Origin: Octopus bimaculoides
Lineage: Eukaryota
DNA length: 64,000 nt
Reading direction: 5' to 3'
Assembly: GCF_001194135.2 (NCBI RefSeq)
Contig: NC_069003.1
Span: 32,100,660-32,164,659, forward strand
The translations under genes were made by a program, and so were the position numbers. How positions within the stretch are numbered: the stretch's first letter is position 1; each line of letters starts with the position of its first letter. The notes under the pieces were generated by a model. That model did no database searches. It was not told the origin of the DNA and saw only the letters and a list, made by a program, of their open reading frames with translations. Of this stretch, positions 37,010 to 49,905 are shown in pieces.

Positions 37010-37600
37010 GTCCCAGGACAGCTTTGCTGATCCAGCAGCTTTAAGGAAAAGACATGCGAGCCATGATGATCCTGTTTTTATTTTACAGATATTGTATATC
37101 TAGGACTGTGTAGGCGCAATGGCCCAGTGGTTAGGGCAGCGGACTCGCGGTCATAGGATCGCGGTTTCAATTCCCAGACCGGGCGTTGTGAGTGTTTATT
37201 GAGCGAAAAACACCTAAAAGCTCCACGAGGCTCCGGCAGGGGATGGTGGCGAACCCTGCTGTACTCTTGCACCACAACTTTCTCTCACTCTTTCTTCCTG
37301 TTTCTGTTGTGCCTGTAATGCAAAAGGGTCAGCCTTGTCACACTGTGTCACGCTGAATATCCCCGAGAACTACGTTAAGGGTACACGTGTCTGTGGAGTG
37401 CTCAGCCACTTGCACGTTAATTTCACGAGCAGGCTGTTCTGTTGATCGGATCGACTGGAACCCTCGACGTCGTAAGCGACGGAGTGCCAACACATATCTA
37501 GGACTACATTGTTTCATACTGGTAAAGTATGATTTGAGGAGAACTTGCTTTCTACTTCTAGAAGATTAAGCAACCATATAGAGGCTCTCCTGTTAGTTTG
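37010..37600 (+). mobile_element. Family D dispersed repeat interrupted by the 37108 SINE; other D copies near 4620-4960, 12190-12400, 36750-36930, 38150-38290 and 38600-38990
   Basis: Recurrent GAGCAGAC.TATGATCAAAGGCATTC...CTAGGACT...GATTTGGCTGCTATTTCTAGCA. Confidence 0.7.
37108..37493 (+). mobile_element. Young full-length tRNA-derived SINE (OR-type octopus SINE-like), 386 bp
   Basis: tRNA-like head GGCGCAATGGCCCAGTGGTTAGGGCAGCGGACTCGCGGTC...GGTTTCAATTCCC with A/B-box-like motifs; CpG-rich; 12-bp TSD ATATCTAGGACT at 37096-37107 and 37494-37505. Confidence 0.9.
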
Positions 37601-37667
37601 TTGTATTGTGGTTTAATACTATATCAGCTTTGAACAAGCAGATCTAATTTTTATTTTATTTTGGTTC

Positions 37668-37858
37668 TGGTTTCCACCTTGTCCTCAAAAACAAAGCTAT
37701 TCTGCCAAGCCTTTTAATCCACCATCACCACCTTCAGTCTATGGATGGAATCCAATTCTGTGTCCTCCTTCAGGTTGTCAATAAATGTCAGATGTCTCCC
37801 ACACCTGCCAATACCATGCTGTGGGTCTCAGAGCACAAGTTTTGGTGATGCTTCATCT
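37668..37858 (-). mobile_element. RTE LINE extreme 3' ORF fragment (third type)
   Basis: DEASPKLVL*DPQHGIGRCGRHLTFIDNLKEDTELDSIHRLKVVMVD*KAW fits the KLVLW.P.HG....GR...TYID.L..DTGL...L...M.DR..W motif. Confidence 0.7.
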
Positions 37859-39229
37859 CTGTGATCAAAGGTAATCCATGATGATCATGGTTTTTTTTTC
37901 CCCTCCTGAGTGTTCATCCAGAACAGCATACATTAGCTAATGTAATTGTTTCCTTTTAAGACAAAAATGGATGTTAGAATGGAGAGATTTCGGTTGCTGT
38001 TTTTAGCAAGTTAGGTGACCTCATAGGCTCCCTGTGACCTGACATGGGGAGACATCATTCTCTGATCTTGTTGGTCACTTTTGGAAGGCTTCCATAGAGA
38101 TACTCATTGTTCATGTTATTCCAACTGTGACCACCTCATCTGTTTCTGTATATCAAAACTATGTTGTCCAATGTGCCCCATTTTTTCTCTTTTTTTTTTT
38201 AAGAAGGCCAGGTGTAATTTGAGTGGAGATTTGACTGCTATTCCTCACCAGTGAAGCAAATGCCTAGAGGTCTGCTTTGTTAGCTTGTTAATTTAAATTG
38301 TAATTATATTTGGTCATTTAGATTGCTTCTTTGTAAGACACTTTGGGAGAATATTTTTTTTTTTAACCAGGAAATATTTTGTGGGAAAAAATTGTTGTCT
38401 CTCATTGAATAATGATTGGTAATCAATGTTATTTTTATTTTTAATAATAATGTAATTTGGAAATTTATGCAATCATGTAATTGCATTTTACAATTATTTG
38501 CTAGTTCGTTGTGCAAGATGATATGAGAGTTGTTATTCATTGTTTATATTCGTTAATGTGTTTGTTTTATTCTTTTTTTGCTTTTATTAATGTTGTGGTT
38601 ATTGTTTAGCCCTAGGCTAACATTGGTTGTGTAGAACTGTGATCAAAGGTATTTCATTCAGCTGTAACTATAATTGTTTGTTTTTTTTAATGCAAATAGT
38701 TTGCATTCTACAATGTACCCTTTCTTTCTTTTAAAGATGTTTGAGTATATTTCGGGGGAGATTTGGCTGCTATTTCTAGCATGTCAAGTTGCCATATAGT
38801 GGTTCTCCCTTGTTAACTCAGTTTTTGCTGTTGATTAGATCCTGGTCAGCCTTGAACAAACAACCCTGTGATCAAAGGTATTCTAGTGAGGATCATGGTT
38901 TTTTACCCTCTCAGTGTTCATCCAGAACACCCTACATTAGCTAATGTAGCTGTCTCCTTTTAAAACATAAAGGATATTATAAAGGAGAGATTTGGGATCA
39001 GCACATAGACTCCCTAACATCATCATTTAGTGTCCATTTTCTATGCTGGTATGGGTTAGATGGTTTGACTGGAACTGGTAAGCTGGAGAGCCGTACCAAG
39101 TTCCAGTCTGATTTGGCTCAGTTTCTATAGCTTGATGCCCTTCCTAATGCCAACCACTCCAAGAGTGTAGTGGGTGTCTTTTATGTGTTAGCGGCACAGG
39201 TGCCTTTTACATGTCACCAGCGCATAGAG

Positions 39230-39570
39230 CTGGGCTGAGTTGTACTGCATGGCACCTTGAGCAAGTTTCTTCTACTATAGCCCAAGGCCTCCAAAAGCCT
39301 TGTGAGTGTATTTGATAGAAGGAAACTGAAAGAAGCTTGTTATATTTGTGTGTGTGTGTGTGTGTGTGTTTTGGGTTTGTCACCCACCACTGCTAGACAA
39401 CCAATGTTGATTTTATGTTACAGTAACTTAGCGATTTGGCACAAGATACTGATGGAATAAATATCAGGCTTTAAAATAAGTACTGGGGTTGATTTGTTTG
39501 ACTAAAGCTCTTCGAGGTGATGCACCAGCATGGCCACAGTCCAATGACTGAAACAAGATAAAAGATATAG
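39230..39570 (+). mobile_element. Family A SINE with expanded (TG)n tract
   Basis: Head from GCATGGCACCTTGAGCAAG to tail ATGACTGAAACAAGATAAAAGAT. Confidence 0.8.
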
Positions 39571-39720
39571 TTCATTCAATTTATCTTTTTCTTTTTTTTT
39601 TATTACTTATTTTAGACTTATGTAACACTTAATATTTCATAGCTGTGTAGAAGATTATTATTCTCGGTTGTTGCTCTGTAAGAACGTTACGATCCCTCTC
39701 CTCTCCTTCCCATCTTTCAG

Positions 39721-39909
39721 AACAGAATGTTATCGACATGCATTAGAACACAGGTGTTTGGTCTATTTATAAATGGCGGTATCAGGAATGAGCTGCTTGC
39801 GCTGGAAGAAAAAACTGGAAATATAGAGGAAATAAGAAAAATCAAAATGCCAAATAAAGTAGCAATAACACTTTACACTTGCTTGAAAAGGAGGAAACTT
39901 GTATTGTGA
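39721..39909 (+). other. Candidate exon or terminal coding exon, unidentified
   Basis: Strong acceptor CCCTCTCCTCTCCTTCCCATCTTTCAG, followed by a 62-codon open frame NRMLSTCIRTQVFGLFINGGIRNELLALEEKTGNIEEIRK...LVL*. No family recognised. Confidence 0.2.
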
Positions 39910-40479
39910 GCAAGGAGTAAGAAGGCAATCAATATGTTGGATAGCTTGGTTGTATTCCCAGCTGGTATTTAAAACTGTGGTATTAAATGGTTATTATATG
40001 ATTATAACAGTCCAGGTTTCTTCTCTACCGTTATCAATGCTTTAAGACTTTTTTAAACATTTATATGTACTTATGAAATATATCTATCTATCATTCCTTC
40101 CTTCCTTTCTTCCTTCCTTCCTTCTTTCCTTCCTTCCTGCCTGCCAGCCATCCCTCCCCCCCACTCTCTTTTTGTTTTTTTACCGGTTTCAGAAATTGAA
40201 CTGTGGCCATGCTGGGTTGCTGCGGTTAAAAGCTTGATTGACCACATTGACTCCCACCCTCCCNNNNNNNNNNNNNNNNNNNNNNNNNNNNNNNNNNNNN
40301 NNNNNNNNNNNNNNNNNNNNNNNNNNNNNNNNNNNNNNNNNNNNNNNNNNNNNNNNNNNNNNNNATCGATCTCTGTTTATTGAATAGTTAAGGGCTAAGT
40401 TACTCTTTGATTCCATTTCAACAGTGCAACAACAACTCGATGCACTGTTTTCACCAAGCTATGCAGAAACACAGATATG

Positions 40480-40930
40480 TGCTATAACACCACAATATTC
40501 CTTTTAAAGCTTTTCCTAGCCACAATAAGAGGCATCGTTGCAGGCCCCGTGCCAGTTTACTTTATTTTGCCCTGTCCTCTACATCTTACCTCATTTCCAC
40601 CTCTATTCCTTTTGACTACGTTTTCTTTAATCTTCCCTTTTTTCTACTTCCTTTCACATTGATTCTCATCATTCCTCTCACTCATTTTCATCCTTCTTCA
40701 GCATATGACTCAACCATCTCCTCCCATTTCTCTTCACCACATCCATTGCTCTCTCTCTTTCTCCCCCTTCTCAGTGAAACTTTGCTTATCGACTGCTTTT
40801 CCAGCATGTGCTGCTGTTCCCCATTCATTCCCCATGTCTTATAGCACTTTTAATACATGTTGCATATACTTTTCCCTTCAATCTTAGTAACTCTTTCCCC
40901 TCTCATGAACACATCTAGCAAATTCCACTC

Positions 40931-40973
<43 letters not shown>

Positions 40974-41376
40974 CCCCTCTTCCCTTTTCTAGCTGGGGTA
41001 GCCACATAGCTCCTCTACTGCATAACACTTGTTTCCATCCTCCATTGTACTCTAACATCTCATCACCTGGTACAAAGCCACCTCCCTCAATACTACTCTC
41101 TATTTACTTGAGGGGGGTCTTGTCTTGCAATTTACTTGAGGGGAGGGTCTTGTCTTGCAAGTTACTTGGTGACTTTGCTGGTGCCACATAAAGAGCGTCC
41201 ACTGCAACTCTGTAAAATGGTCAGACTTAGGAAGGGCATCCAGCCATGGAGTCCATGTCAATGCAAACAATAGAGCTTTGCATAGTCCTCTAGCTTGCCA
41301 GCTCCTGTCAAACTGTCCAACCCATGCCAGCCTGGAAAGCAGATGTTCAACGATGATTGATGGTGATGATGATGAG
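40480..41376 (+). mobile_element. Long family E element with pyrimidine-rich body, (CT)n tract and (GAT)n tail
   Basis: Ends ...CCAACCCATGCCAGCCTGGAAAGCAGATGTTCAACGATGATTGATGGTGATGATGATGA; includes a ~29-bp tandem duplication at about 41102-41160. Confidence 0.6.
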
Positions 41377-42029
41377 GAAAGTATTGGTCATCTTGAGGTT
41401 ACTACAGTAGTGGAACAGAATCCAGCTCCATGAAGTTGCAAAATGAATTTCTTAACCACACAACTATCCGTCTGCCTATTTACATGCTACTTTGTAAAGT
41501 TTCTTTTAATATGTCTATAATTACTTTCCATGGTGAAAATATATTTTATAGAAGACTTTTTGATTTAAAAAATTTTTTTTTTTTTTGCTGTTAACTTATG
41601 AATGCAATTTTGCTTCTGATTTAAAAACCATTTACCTCAGGTTGTCTGGCTTTTTGAAGAAATTTTAGCTGCTATTTTATTATTAATTTTTAAGAGCTAT
41701 TTATTTTATGTTATGACACCACAGCATTCATTTATTTTCTAGCAATTTCTTATGAAAGGTGAAAAGAAAAAAAAAAACTATATATTGGATTTATGGGAAA
41801 ATTTAAATTTCATTTTATGTCATTCCCTATTTTGTTAACATAATTTGTTTACATAGTGTTAATATCAGATTAATAAACACCGCACCATCAACAGATTTTT
41901 GAATATAGAAACAGCCATATTAAATAAATGCAGGCATGGTTGTGTGGTTAAGAAGTTTGCTTTGTTCGCACATGGCCCTGAGTTCTATTTCACTGCATGA
42001 TTACTTACATATTGAGCTGTTGGTTTTAA

Positions 42030-42455
42030 AGTTTACATGTCTGTGGTCATGGATATTGGGTATTGACTGATAGAGTATGATCACAAAAAAAATCAAGTGG
42101 TTAAAATGGAGTTTCTCCAGAGAAGGTCTGAAATAATGTTACTCATTAGGCTGCATAGCTCAGGGTTTGGAGAGTCTCTCCAGGTCAAGCTGCTGCTATT
42201 TCACATTGAGGGATCACAGCTCTGGTACTATGGACATATGAATAGAAAGTTACAGGAAAGAAGTGCAAGATAAGATGTCTCAAGTCAAGCTAACCAGCAG
42301 GAGACCTAGTGGTAGACCTACAACGAGATGGTTGTATAATATCCATAGTCTCAGCTGGTCAGGTTTGAGAATCCAGCTGGAAAGGCTGATGAGATTTGCT
42401 TCTGAGGACTCTACCAGGAATAGTAGGTGGAGAAGACAAATGGATGGATGGATGG
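42030..42455 (+). mobile_element. RTE LINE 3' fragment (Rex3/Expander-like) with (GATG)n tail
   Basis: CGHGYWVLTDR...MEFLQR...RLHSS...ESLQVKLLLFHIEGSQLWYYGHM...LTSRRPSGRPTTRW...SLSWSGLRIQLE, then ATGGATGGATGGATGG. Confidence 0.8.
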
Positions 42456-42715
42456 AACTGGGTGGCATGGTCTGAAGTATGGTTTTAGAAGTTTCTATGG
42501 CAAGCACACCATTCTGACTTTGTTGGCCATGTGATTAAAGGGTCCACTTTATGTTGATGTAGTTCTGAGTATGATCCAGCTGTGTGGGACACCTTGGGCA
42601 AGTGTCTTCCTTCGTAGCCTCAGGTTTATTCAAATCTTTTGAGTGAAATTCGGTCAACAGAACCTATGTGCATGTTCTGTGTCAGCTCTGATTGAGCAGA
42701 TGTATAATCAAAGAT

Positions 42716-43373
42716 TCTAAACTTTTAGGATTCAGATTACTCCATCAAATGTAATGCTTATTTACTCACATTGTTTTGGATTAGTCATAGACTTATCTTG
42801 TAGCTTTGAGATTTCAATGGTATACTCTTTACTCTTTTCTCTCTTTTACTTGTTTCAGTCATTTTGACTGTGGCCATGCTGGAGCACTGCCTTTAGTCGA
42901 GCAAATCGACCCCAGGAATTATTCTTTGGAAGCCTAGTACTTATTCTATCAGTCTCTTTTTGCCTAACCGCTAAGTTACGGGGACATAAACACACCAGCA
43001 TCAGTTGTCAAGCGATGTTGGGGGACAAACACAGACACACAAACATTTACACACACATACATATATACATATATATACATATATACGACGGGCTTCTTTC
43101 AGTTTTCGTCTATCAAATCCACTCACAAGGCTTTGGTCGGCCTGAGGCTATAGTAGAAGACACTTACCCAAGGTGCCACGCAGTGGGAATGAACCCGGAA
43201 CCATGTGGTTCGTAAGCAAGCTACTTACCACACAGCCACTCCTGCGCTTATAATTGTTTATTTTTAGAATGTCATTTCAGCGTAGGTGTAAGAGGTCAAA
43301 CCTGGCTGGTTTGAACATAAAACAGGTAGAATATTCGGGCTGAATACGACCAGTTTACACACAAAAGTGTTAA
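42716..43373 (+). mobile_element. TTAA MITE family 1 split by a SINE insertion
   Basis: The MITE 5' half (42716-42823) and 3' half (43248-43373) are contiguous in the family consensus. Confidence 0.75.
42824..43247 (-). mobile_element. Young full-length family A tRNA-derived SINE
   Basis: The minus strand begins GCGCAGGAGTGGCTGTGTGGTAAGTAGCTTGCTTACGAACCACATGGTTCCGGGTTCATTCCC (A/B-box-like); CpGs retained; (AAAAGAG)-type tail. Confidence 0.9.
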
Positions 43374-44552
43374 GCCATGATCATCCCATTGGTTTTTAGT
43401 GTATAATTTTACCAAGAATACATCATCTAGATTAATGTTCTTTGAGATTTAGCTGCTCTTTCTTTCAGATCAAATTATCTCAGACACTCTCCACTCATTT
43501 TCCTGACTTGGTCATTGTGCTAATAATTCTGTAAATCGATATTGATTCCTTTCTTTGTCTCTTGGCTGATTTTTTTGATAGGAATGGATGTTAAACCGAT
43601 CAGCTAAATTGGGCCTCACAACTAGAAAGAAATAAAAATCACAAAATTAACTCACTCAGAATTGGAACTTGAAAGAGGCTTGATGCTAGATGCTGTTTGG
43701 TAAATAATTATTCCCAATAGGCAATTAGTCTTGTGCACAATGGTATATGTCATTGCTTCATTGCCCTCTAATGAATTAATATTAAAAAAATTATTTAAAA
43801 AAAAAATATTTGTGGATATGATCTGATTTTTACAGGAGAGAAAAAGAAGTGATACATACACACAATGAATATTGCAGAAATGTTAATTTTTCATAATTAT
43901 TCGTATTGTAAACAAATATTTTTTTCTGTTGGTTGATATCTTTGTTTAATCAAGCGACATAGACAAAAAAAAACTGGCACAAAACAATACAAACAACAAA
44001 ATAAATAAACAAACAATAAACAAAAAAATAAAGCATAAAGCAAAACAAGAAAATGTATTGATTGCTTAATCATCATTTCACATCAAGTATATTTAGATAC
44101 TTGAAAAATTTCCAGTTTTAAACAGATGAAATAAAATTTAAAGAAGACAGGAAAAATATATATGTAAAAAAAAAAAAAATAAATAAGTAGATAAAAACGT
44201 GTTTACGTCAAATCATTGTTATATAGACAACTGAAAATAGATTTCATTTTAAAGGAAAGAAAAATAAAAACAAACATTGTATGAAAATGTATTTCATCTA
44301 TAACAATTATATAAAATATATGTTTATAAACAGCTTTGTTTCCACACTTGTTAGTGCCACTTGAATAATAAGATATGTTATTTATCACAGTCTATTATGT
44401 GAGGTATCTCTTATACCTCTCTCTCTCATTGTATATTGAACCAAAGAATGACGCTACTATGTGATTGCTCAGTTCAGTACAAGAGCAGTCAACTATTCTT
44501 CAGATTACTCCCTATTGCTTCTCCCCTACCCTTTTTTTTTTCCTTTTATTTT

Positions 44553-44791
44553 TTAAACCCTTTTACTGTGGAAATCAGATATATCCACTCAAAATTTCAT
44601 TACCCTTGACTGCAAAAAGCAGTTTTGTTTGAGGAATGTCATGTTTCAAACTTTTTTTTTTTTTTGTCAAGATATGTCAAATTTACTGAAGCAACGTGAC
44701 TTGCAGAAAATCCGAACTCTGTTTTTCTGGTAGATATTTAACATCATTACTGGAATAACCAAGAAATTTAATTTTGCAATTAAAGAGTTAA
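44553..44791 (+). mobile_element. TTAA-type MITE family 2
   Basis: TTAAACCCTTTTACTGTGGAAATCAGA ... TTTTGCAATTAAAGAGTTAA; colinear with the reverse complement of 28493-28738. Confidence 0.6.
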
Positions 44792-45747
44792 AAAAAGATA
44801 AATACATGGAATAATAGATACAATTACTAAAAAATAAGTGGTGGTCACATTGGGGTAGCCTTTGATCAGAGGTTTGATTAAACAGAGGAAAAACTGTATA
44901 TATTGTACAATTGCACACCAGGCAACACATGTGTATTTGTGTGTGTCATTGTCATCTTATGTCTATTTTCCATGCTGTCATGGGTTAGATGGGTCATTTC
45001 TACTTTACTGGATGAATCAGGGAACCACATCTCTGGTGTACGTTTCATTTTTGGTTGGGCTTCCATAGCTAGGTGCCCTTCCTAACACCAACCACTTTAC
45101 AAAGTGGTTGTGGCCCCAGTACAAGAAAGGATTGGTGTGAGATAGAGCTAGGAATGGATAAATGGTGAGTGAATCCTAGACACTGGTACCAGATGATCAG
45201 TTGGGTGTATAAAATGAGTGTATGAGAGACATGTAAGACTGAAATCTCAATAAATATATTCTTCAAGACAGTGAGGGAACTAGGATGATAAAGTTGAGAG
45301 GAGGTGGGTAAAGTTTTGAAGAGAGGGTCTGGCATGTCTCATGGCACCCCTGTTGACACTGGAAGTAATGCACAATGAGCTGAAGAGATCTGCTGCTATC
45401 CTTAGTCACATCAGCAACATAATATTGTGGGTGGGGCTGAGAAGAGCAGGAGAATGTACACTAGAGACATGAATTGATAAAGGCAAGGGTGATAGGGATG
45501 TGGTAGCGGTGGGGTGGTAGACTGTTGAACGATAAGAGAGATGTGTGATAAGTGATAGAAGGTTGAAGGATAGGTGTGTTTGAGAGATGAGAAGTCAGAG
45601 GAGATCAAGGAGGTCGAAGATATAACCTTGACAGTATACATGCGTGCAGATGTTCACATGTGCATATTAAAGTGTATACTCAAATGTACAAGCCTACACA
45701 TGCACAAGTGCATAGACAACATTTGTTTTGCCATACCTTAATAGGTG

Positions 45748-46095
45748 AGTCTTCGGGTTCAGTCCCACTGCGTGGCATCTTGGGCAAGTGTCTTCTACTA
45801 TAGCCTCGGGCCGACCAAAGCCTTGTGAGTGGATTTGGTAGACGGAAACTGGAAAGAAGCCTGTCGTATATATGTATATATATATGTGTGTTTGTGTGTC
45901 TGTGTTTGTCCCCCTAGCATTGCTTGACAAACGATGCTGGTGTGTTTATGTCCCCGTAACTTAGCGGTTCGGCAAAAAGAGTCCGATAGAATAAGTACTA
46001 GGCTTCCAAAGAATAAGTCCCAGGGTCGATTTGCTCGACTAAAGGCGGTGCTCCAGCATGGCCGCAATCAAATGACTGAAACAAGTAAAAGAGAT
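45748..46095 (+). mobile_element. Young family A SINE
   Basis: CpG-rich, near-identical to the reverse complement of 42840-43200. Confidence 0.88.
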
Positions 46096-47412
46096 GTCTC
46101 TGTAAAATGCAACAGCTTCAATTCTGTCTTCACCACTTTGTCCCAAGTCTTTCTTGAGAAGAGAACTTCTGCAGTTTCCATTTGTTTTGAGGATACAACA
46201 CTTCTTTATAAACCTTTGATAAACCTTCCTCAGCAAACTTAGAAGTTGGAATCAATTATCTTACCTCTTCAGCATTTAAACTGACCATATATGGCCAACC
46301 AAAGCAGCCACATCTAACCTCTCACACCTACCCTACAATGTCACTTGAAAAATAAACAATCGCATCAACCAAATCTTGAAGCTATGAGATAAGCCATGGT
46401 GGATTTGAAACAATGTGAACAAATAAGCATTACATTCAACAGAGTAATCTGAATGCTGAAGGGTTAAAATAAGTTAATATTTGATGTTACATTATATATT
46501 TAGCTTCTTTTTTCAGTTAATGTTAGTTGTTTATAGTCATGTGTACACCATAAAATTCAATGTATAATATGCACTTTTTTCTGCAAAAATCAATATGTAA
46601 ATTTGATATGCATATAATATATGGTGTTAGTCTGCAAAAAATATTTCTCTGTCTACTTTCATTAAGAAGAAATACAATGTAATAAAGCTTTATCTTCTGG
46701 ATAATTTATTACTTAACAATATGTATTTTTATAAAATGAAATATTAAAACCTAATATATTAGATTATAGTATATTATCTATTCTTGTAGCAGTTGTGCAA
46801 CACTGCACATTATACACAGTATTATGAAGTTTTGAAGACAATTTAGGCCTCAAGATTGAGATGTATATTATACATGCTAACAGTGTACATGTACTTTTAT
46901 AATATGTGACAACAACAACAACAACAATAATGATGGTGATAATGATAATTAGAATAATAATAATGACAATGATGATGATCAGCATCATTTAACATCCGTT
47001 TTCCATGCTGGCATGGGTTGGATGGCTTAACAGGAGCTGGCAATCCAGAAGACTGCACCAAGCTCCTCTGTCTGTCTTGGCATGGCTGGATGCTGGGAAC
47101 AGAGTAGAAAGAGAGGTATATCATTCTTTTTTTTATGGTTTGATTACAAAGAAGCGGTTGTGCCCATAGCCTTTTTGCAGGCCTGCTAAGACTAGTGAGA
47201 TCAATGTGGTTGATATTCTTACTCAACAACAGCAGCTGGAAAAATAAAAATTCATAGAAAGATATGGATTTTCAGAGGGTGACATTTTGGGGAGGATGGA
47301 CTGGGTAGAATGGTTTGAATGTGTTAAGGGTAAGGGTGTTTAAGGTTAAATATTTTTATTGAGGAAAGAATACTCTTAGTATTTTTTTTACATATTGTAT
47401 TTCCTCTGTTCA

Positions 47413-47583
47413 ATCATCATCATCATCATCATCGTCGTTTAACGTCCGCTTTCCATGCTGGCATTGGTTGGACAATTTGACTGAGGACTGGTGGACCAAG
47501 ATGGCTACACCAGGCTCCAATCTGATTTGGCAGAGTTTCTACAGCTGGATGTCCTTCCTAACACCAACCACTCCGAGAGTGTA

Positions 47584-47625
<42 letters not shown>

Positions 47626-47850
47626 GTTTCAAGTTTTGGCACAAGGCCAGCAATTTTGGGGGAGGGGATAAGCTGATTACAATGACCCTAGTGTTCAGTT
47701 GGTACTTATTTTATTGTCTCTGAAAGGATGAATGGCAAAGTCAACCTTGGCAGGATTTGAACTCTGAATGTAAAGATGGATGAAGTACTGCTAAGCAATT
47801 TGCCTGGTGTGCTAACGATTCTGCCAGCTTGTTGCTTTCATAATAATAAT
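47413..47850 (-). mobile_element. Truncated family E copy abutting (TAA)n and a family B SINE
   Basis: (CAT)n and E body at 47413-47583, (TAA)13 at about 47584-47623, family B at 47625-47840. Confidence 0.75.
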
Positions 47851-48194
47851 GATAACAGTAGTAGTAATAATAATAGTAATAATTGATTGTGTAATGATTG
47901 GTTTCTCATTTGGACCCATCCATCTTTGCCACGATTTTTCTCTGCCTATTCAAATGTCATTGATCAGGAATCAGTATATGCATCAGTTAGTTTATTTATA
48001 GCATGATCTCAAATACATTTCTTGCAAAGAAGTACACTGGAATTGATTGCTATTGGATGTGGATGTAGCATTTTGCCTGCTACGTATGTATAATATAAAC
48101 ACACGCATACATATACATATATATATATCTGTAGAGAATTTTTAGAACAAAACTTTTTTTTTTCTTGATAATCAGCAGTTGAATAAAACTGCTT

Positions 48195-48427
48195 TAATGT
48201 GAGTGTGTATACATTTGTATGTATGTGTGTGCACACACATATGTATATATATACACACACACATGCATATGTATGTATATGTGTCTGTGTATATATATAT
48301 GTGCATAATATATGTGTGTATGTATATATGTGTGTGTGTGTATATGTGTGTATGTATATATATATGTGTGTGTACGTGTATTATGTGTATATGTATGTGT
48401 ACATAAGTATATATATTTATGTATGTA

Positions 48428-48467
<40 letters not shown>

Positions 48468-48538
48468 GGAGAAATTATACAAAATGTATAACTAGATGAT
48501 GAGCAAATCACTGGCATGTGTATATGTATGTATATATC

Positions 48539-48608
<70 letters not shown>

Positions 48609-48680
48609 CATGTATATATGTATATGCATGTGTGGATGTGTGTGCGTGTGTGTATAGGTAATGTCTATATATGTAATATA
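48195..48680. repeat. Compound TA/TG/TATG microsatellite blocks
   Basis: Directly visible. Confidence 0.93.
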
Positions 48681-49009
48681 TAAACATGGTAAAGTGGATG
48701 TTAAATGTAAGATGATCTGTGTGTATTTCAATGCTGTTTTTGTTGTCAATCTGTAAATGATAGCTATTTAACAATTGCTTTCATTTTAGAATTTGTATGA
48801 GCTTTCCAAATGCAGTTGAATATTGATTGCTAACAGAGGCACGAAGCCACACATAGTGAGGGGGTGGGGTGGGCATTATTTACATTAATGTCTCAGTTTT
48901 TGACTGTTACTTAACTTTTTTTGACACGAGAAGGATTGAAGTTAAATTTTGACCTTGGTGAAAATTGAAATCAGAGTGTAAAAGCTGCAACTTAAATACT
49001 GTTAGGTAT

Positions 49010-49641
49010 GGCTACATGGTGTTTGCTTCCCAACCACGTAGTTTTCGGTTCAATACCCGTTTGACACTTTTGGCAGGTGTTTTCTACTATAGCTGTGAGC
49101 TGATCAAAGACATGTGGATGGATTCAGTAGGTGGAAACTGAAAGGAACATATTGTATATATATATGTGTGTGTCTGTCTGTCCTCCACCATTTGGCAACC
49201 AGTGCTAGAAATAGACATATCTTTCTCAAACTACATTCTAACATCTTAGGAAAAAGAAGCCACAGTGGATAATGCAGTCTGAGGTGCACTATTCAAGGAC
49301 AAAAAAAATAGCATGGGCCATAGCTTATATTCACCTCTGATCTGCCCAGTTAGAACTGAATCAACGTTCAGTTTCAGTCCCACTGCATGGCACCTTGGAC
49401 GAGTGTCTTCTATAGCTGACTTAGGTTGACTAAAGCCTTGTGAGAGGATTTAGTAGACAGAAACTGGAAAAAGCCCTTCACATATATATATATGTGGCTG
49501 TGTGGTAAGTAGCTTGCTTACCAACCACATGGTCCCGGGTTCAGTCCCACTGCGTGGCACCTTGGACGAGTATCTTCTACTATAGCCTCGGGCCAACCAA
49601 AGTTAGTGGATTTGATAGATAGAAACTCGAAGCCCATTGTA

Positions 49642-49680
<39 letters not shown>
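49010..49680 (+). mobile_element. Cluster of three family A SINE heads, the last ending in (TA)n
   Basis: Heads at about 49010, 49365 and 49492. Confidence 0.75.
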
Positions 49681-49686
<6 letters not shown>

Positions 49687-49719
49687 AATAATAAATGAGT
49701 ATATGTATATATACGTACA

Positions 49720-49905
49720 AGTATGTGCATACCTACATCTACCTGTATATATAGGTGCATATCTGGGTACAGGACGTTGCAAACAAAACGTAGACAAAAA
49801 AATAATAACCAGAGTACAGAAAACACACAGGCCACATAGAGAACATTTTCCTTCATCAGCTGCCCCCATTCTAACACAGGCGTTTCGAAGAGTTAGGGAA
49901 GGACG
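49720..49905 (-). repeat. Dispersed repeat with TTCGAAACG...CAGCTGATGAAGG motif (Penelope-terminal-like), copy 1
   Basis: The reverse complement is colinear with 56255-56425. Confidence 0.6.

Noticed and set aside
36975-37103. VNTGGSRF... resembling a BTB/T1 start
   Set aside because: The DNA is a diverged family D repeat.
37112-37185. tRNA gene
   Set aside because: It is the tRNA-derived head of a TSD-bounded SINE, with no proper acceptor stem or T-run terminator.
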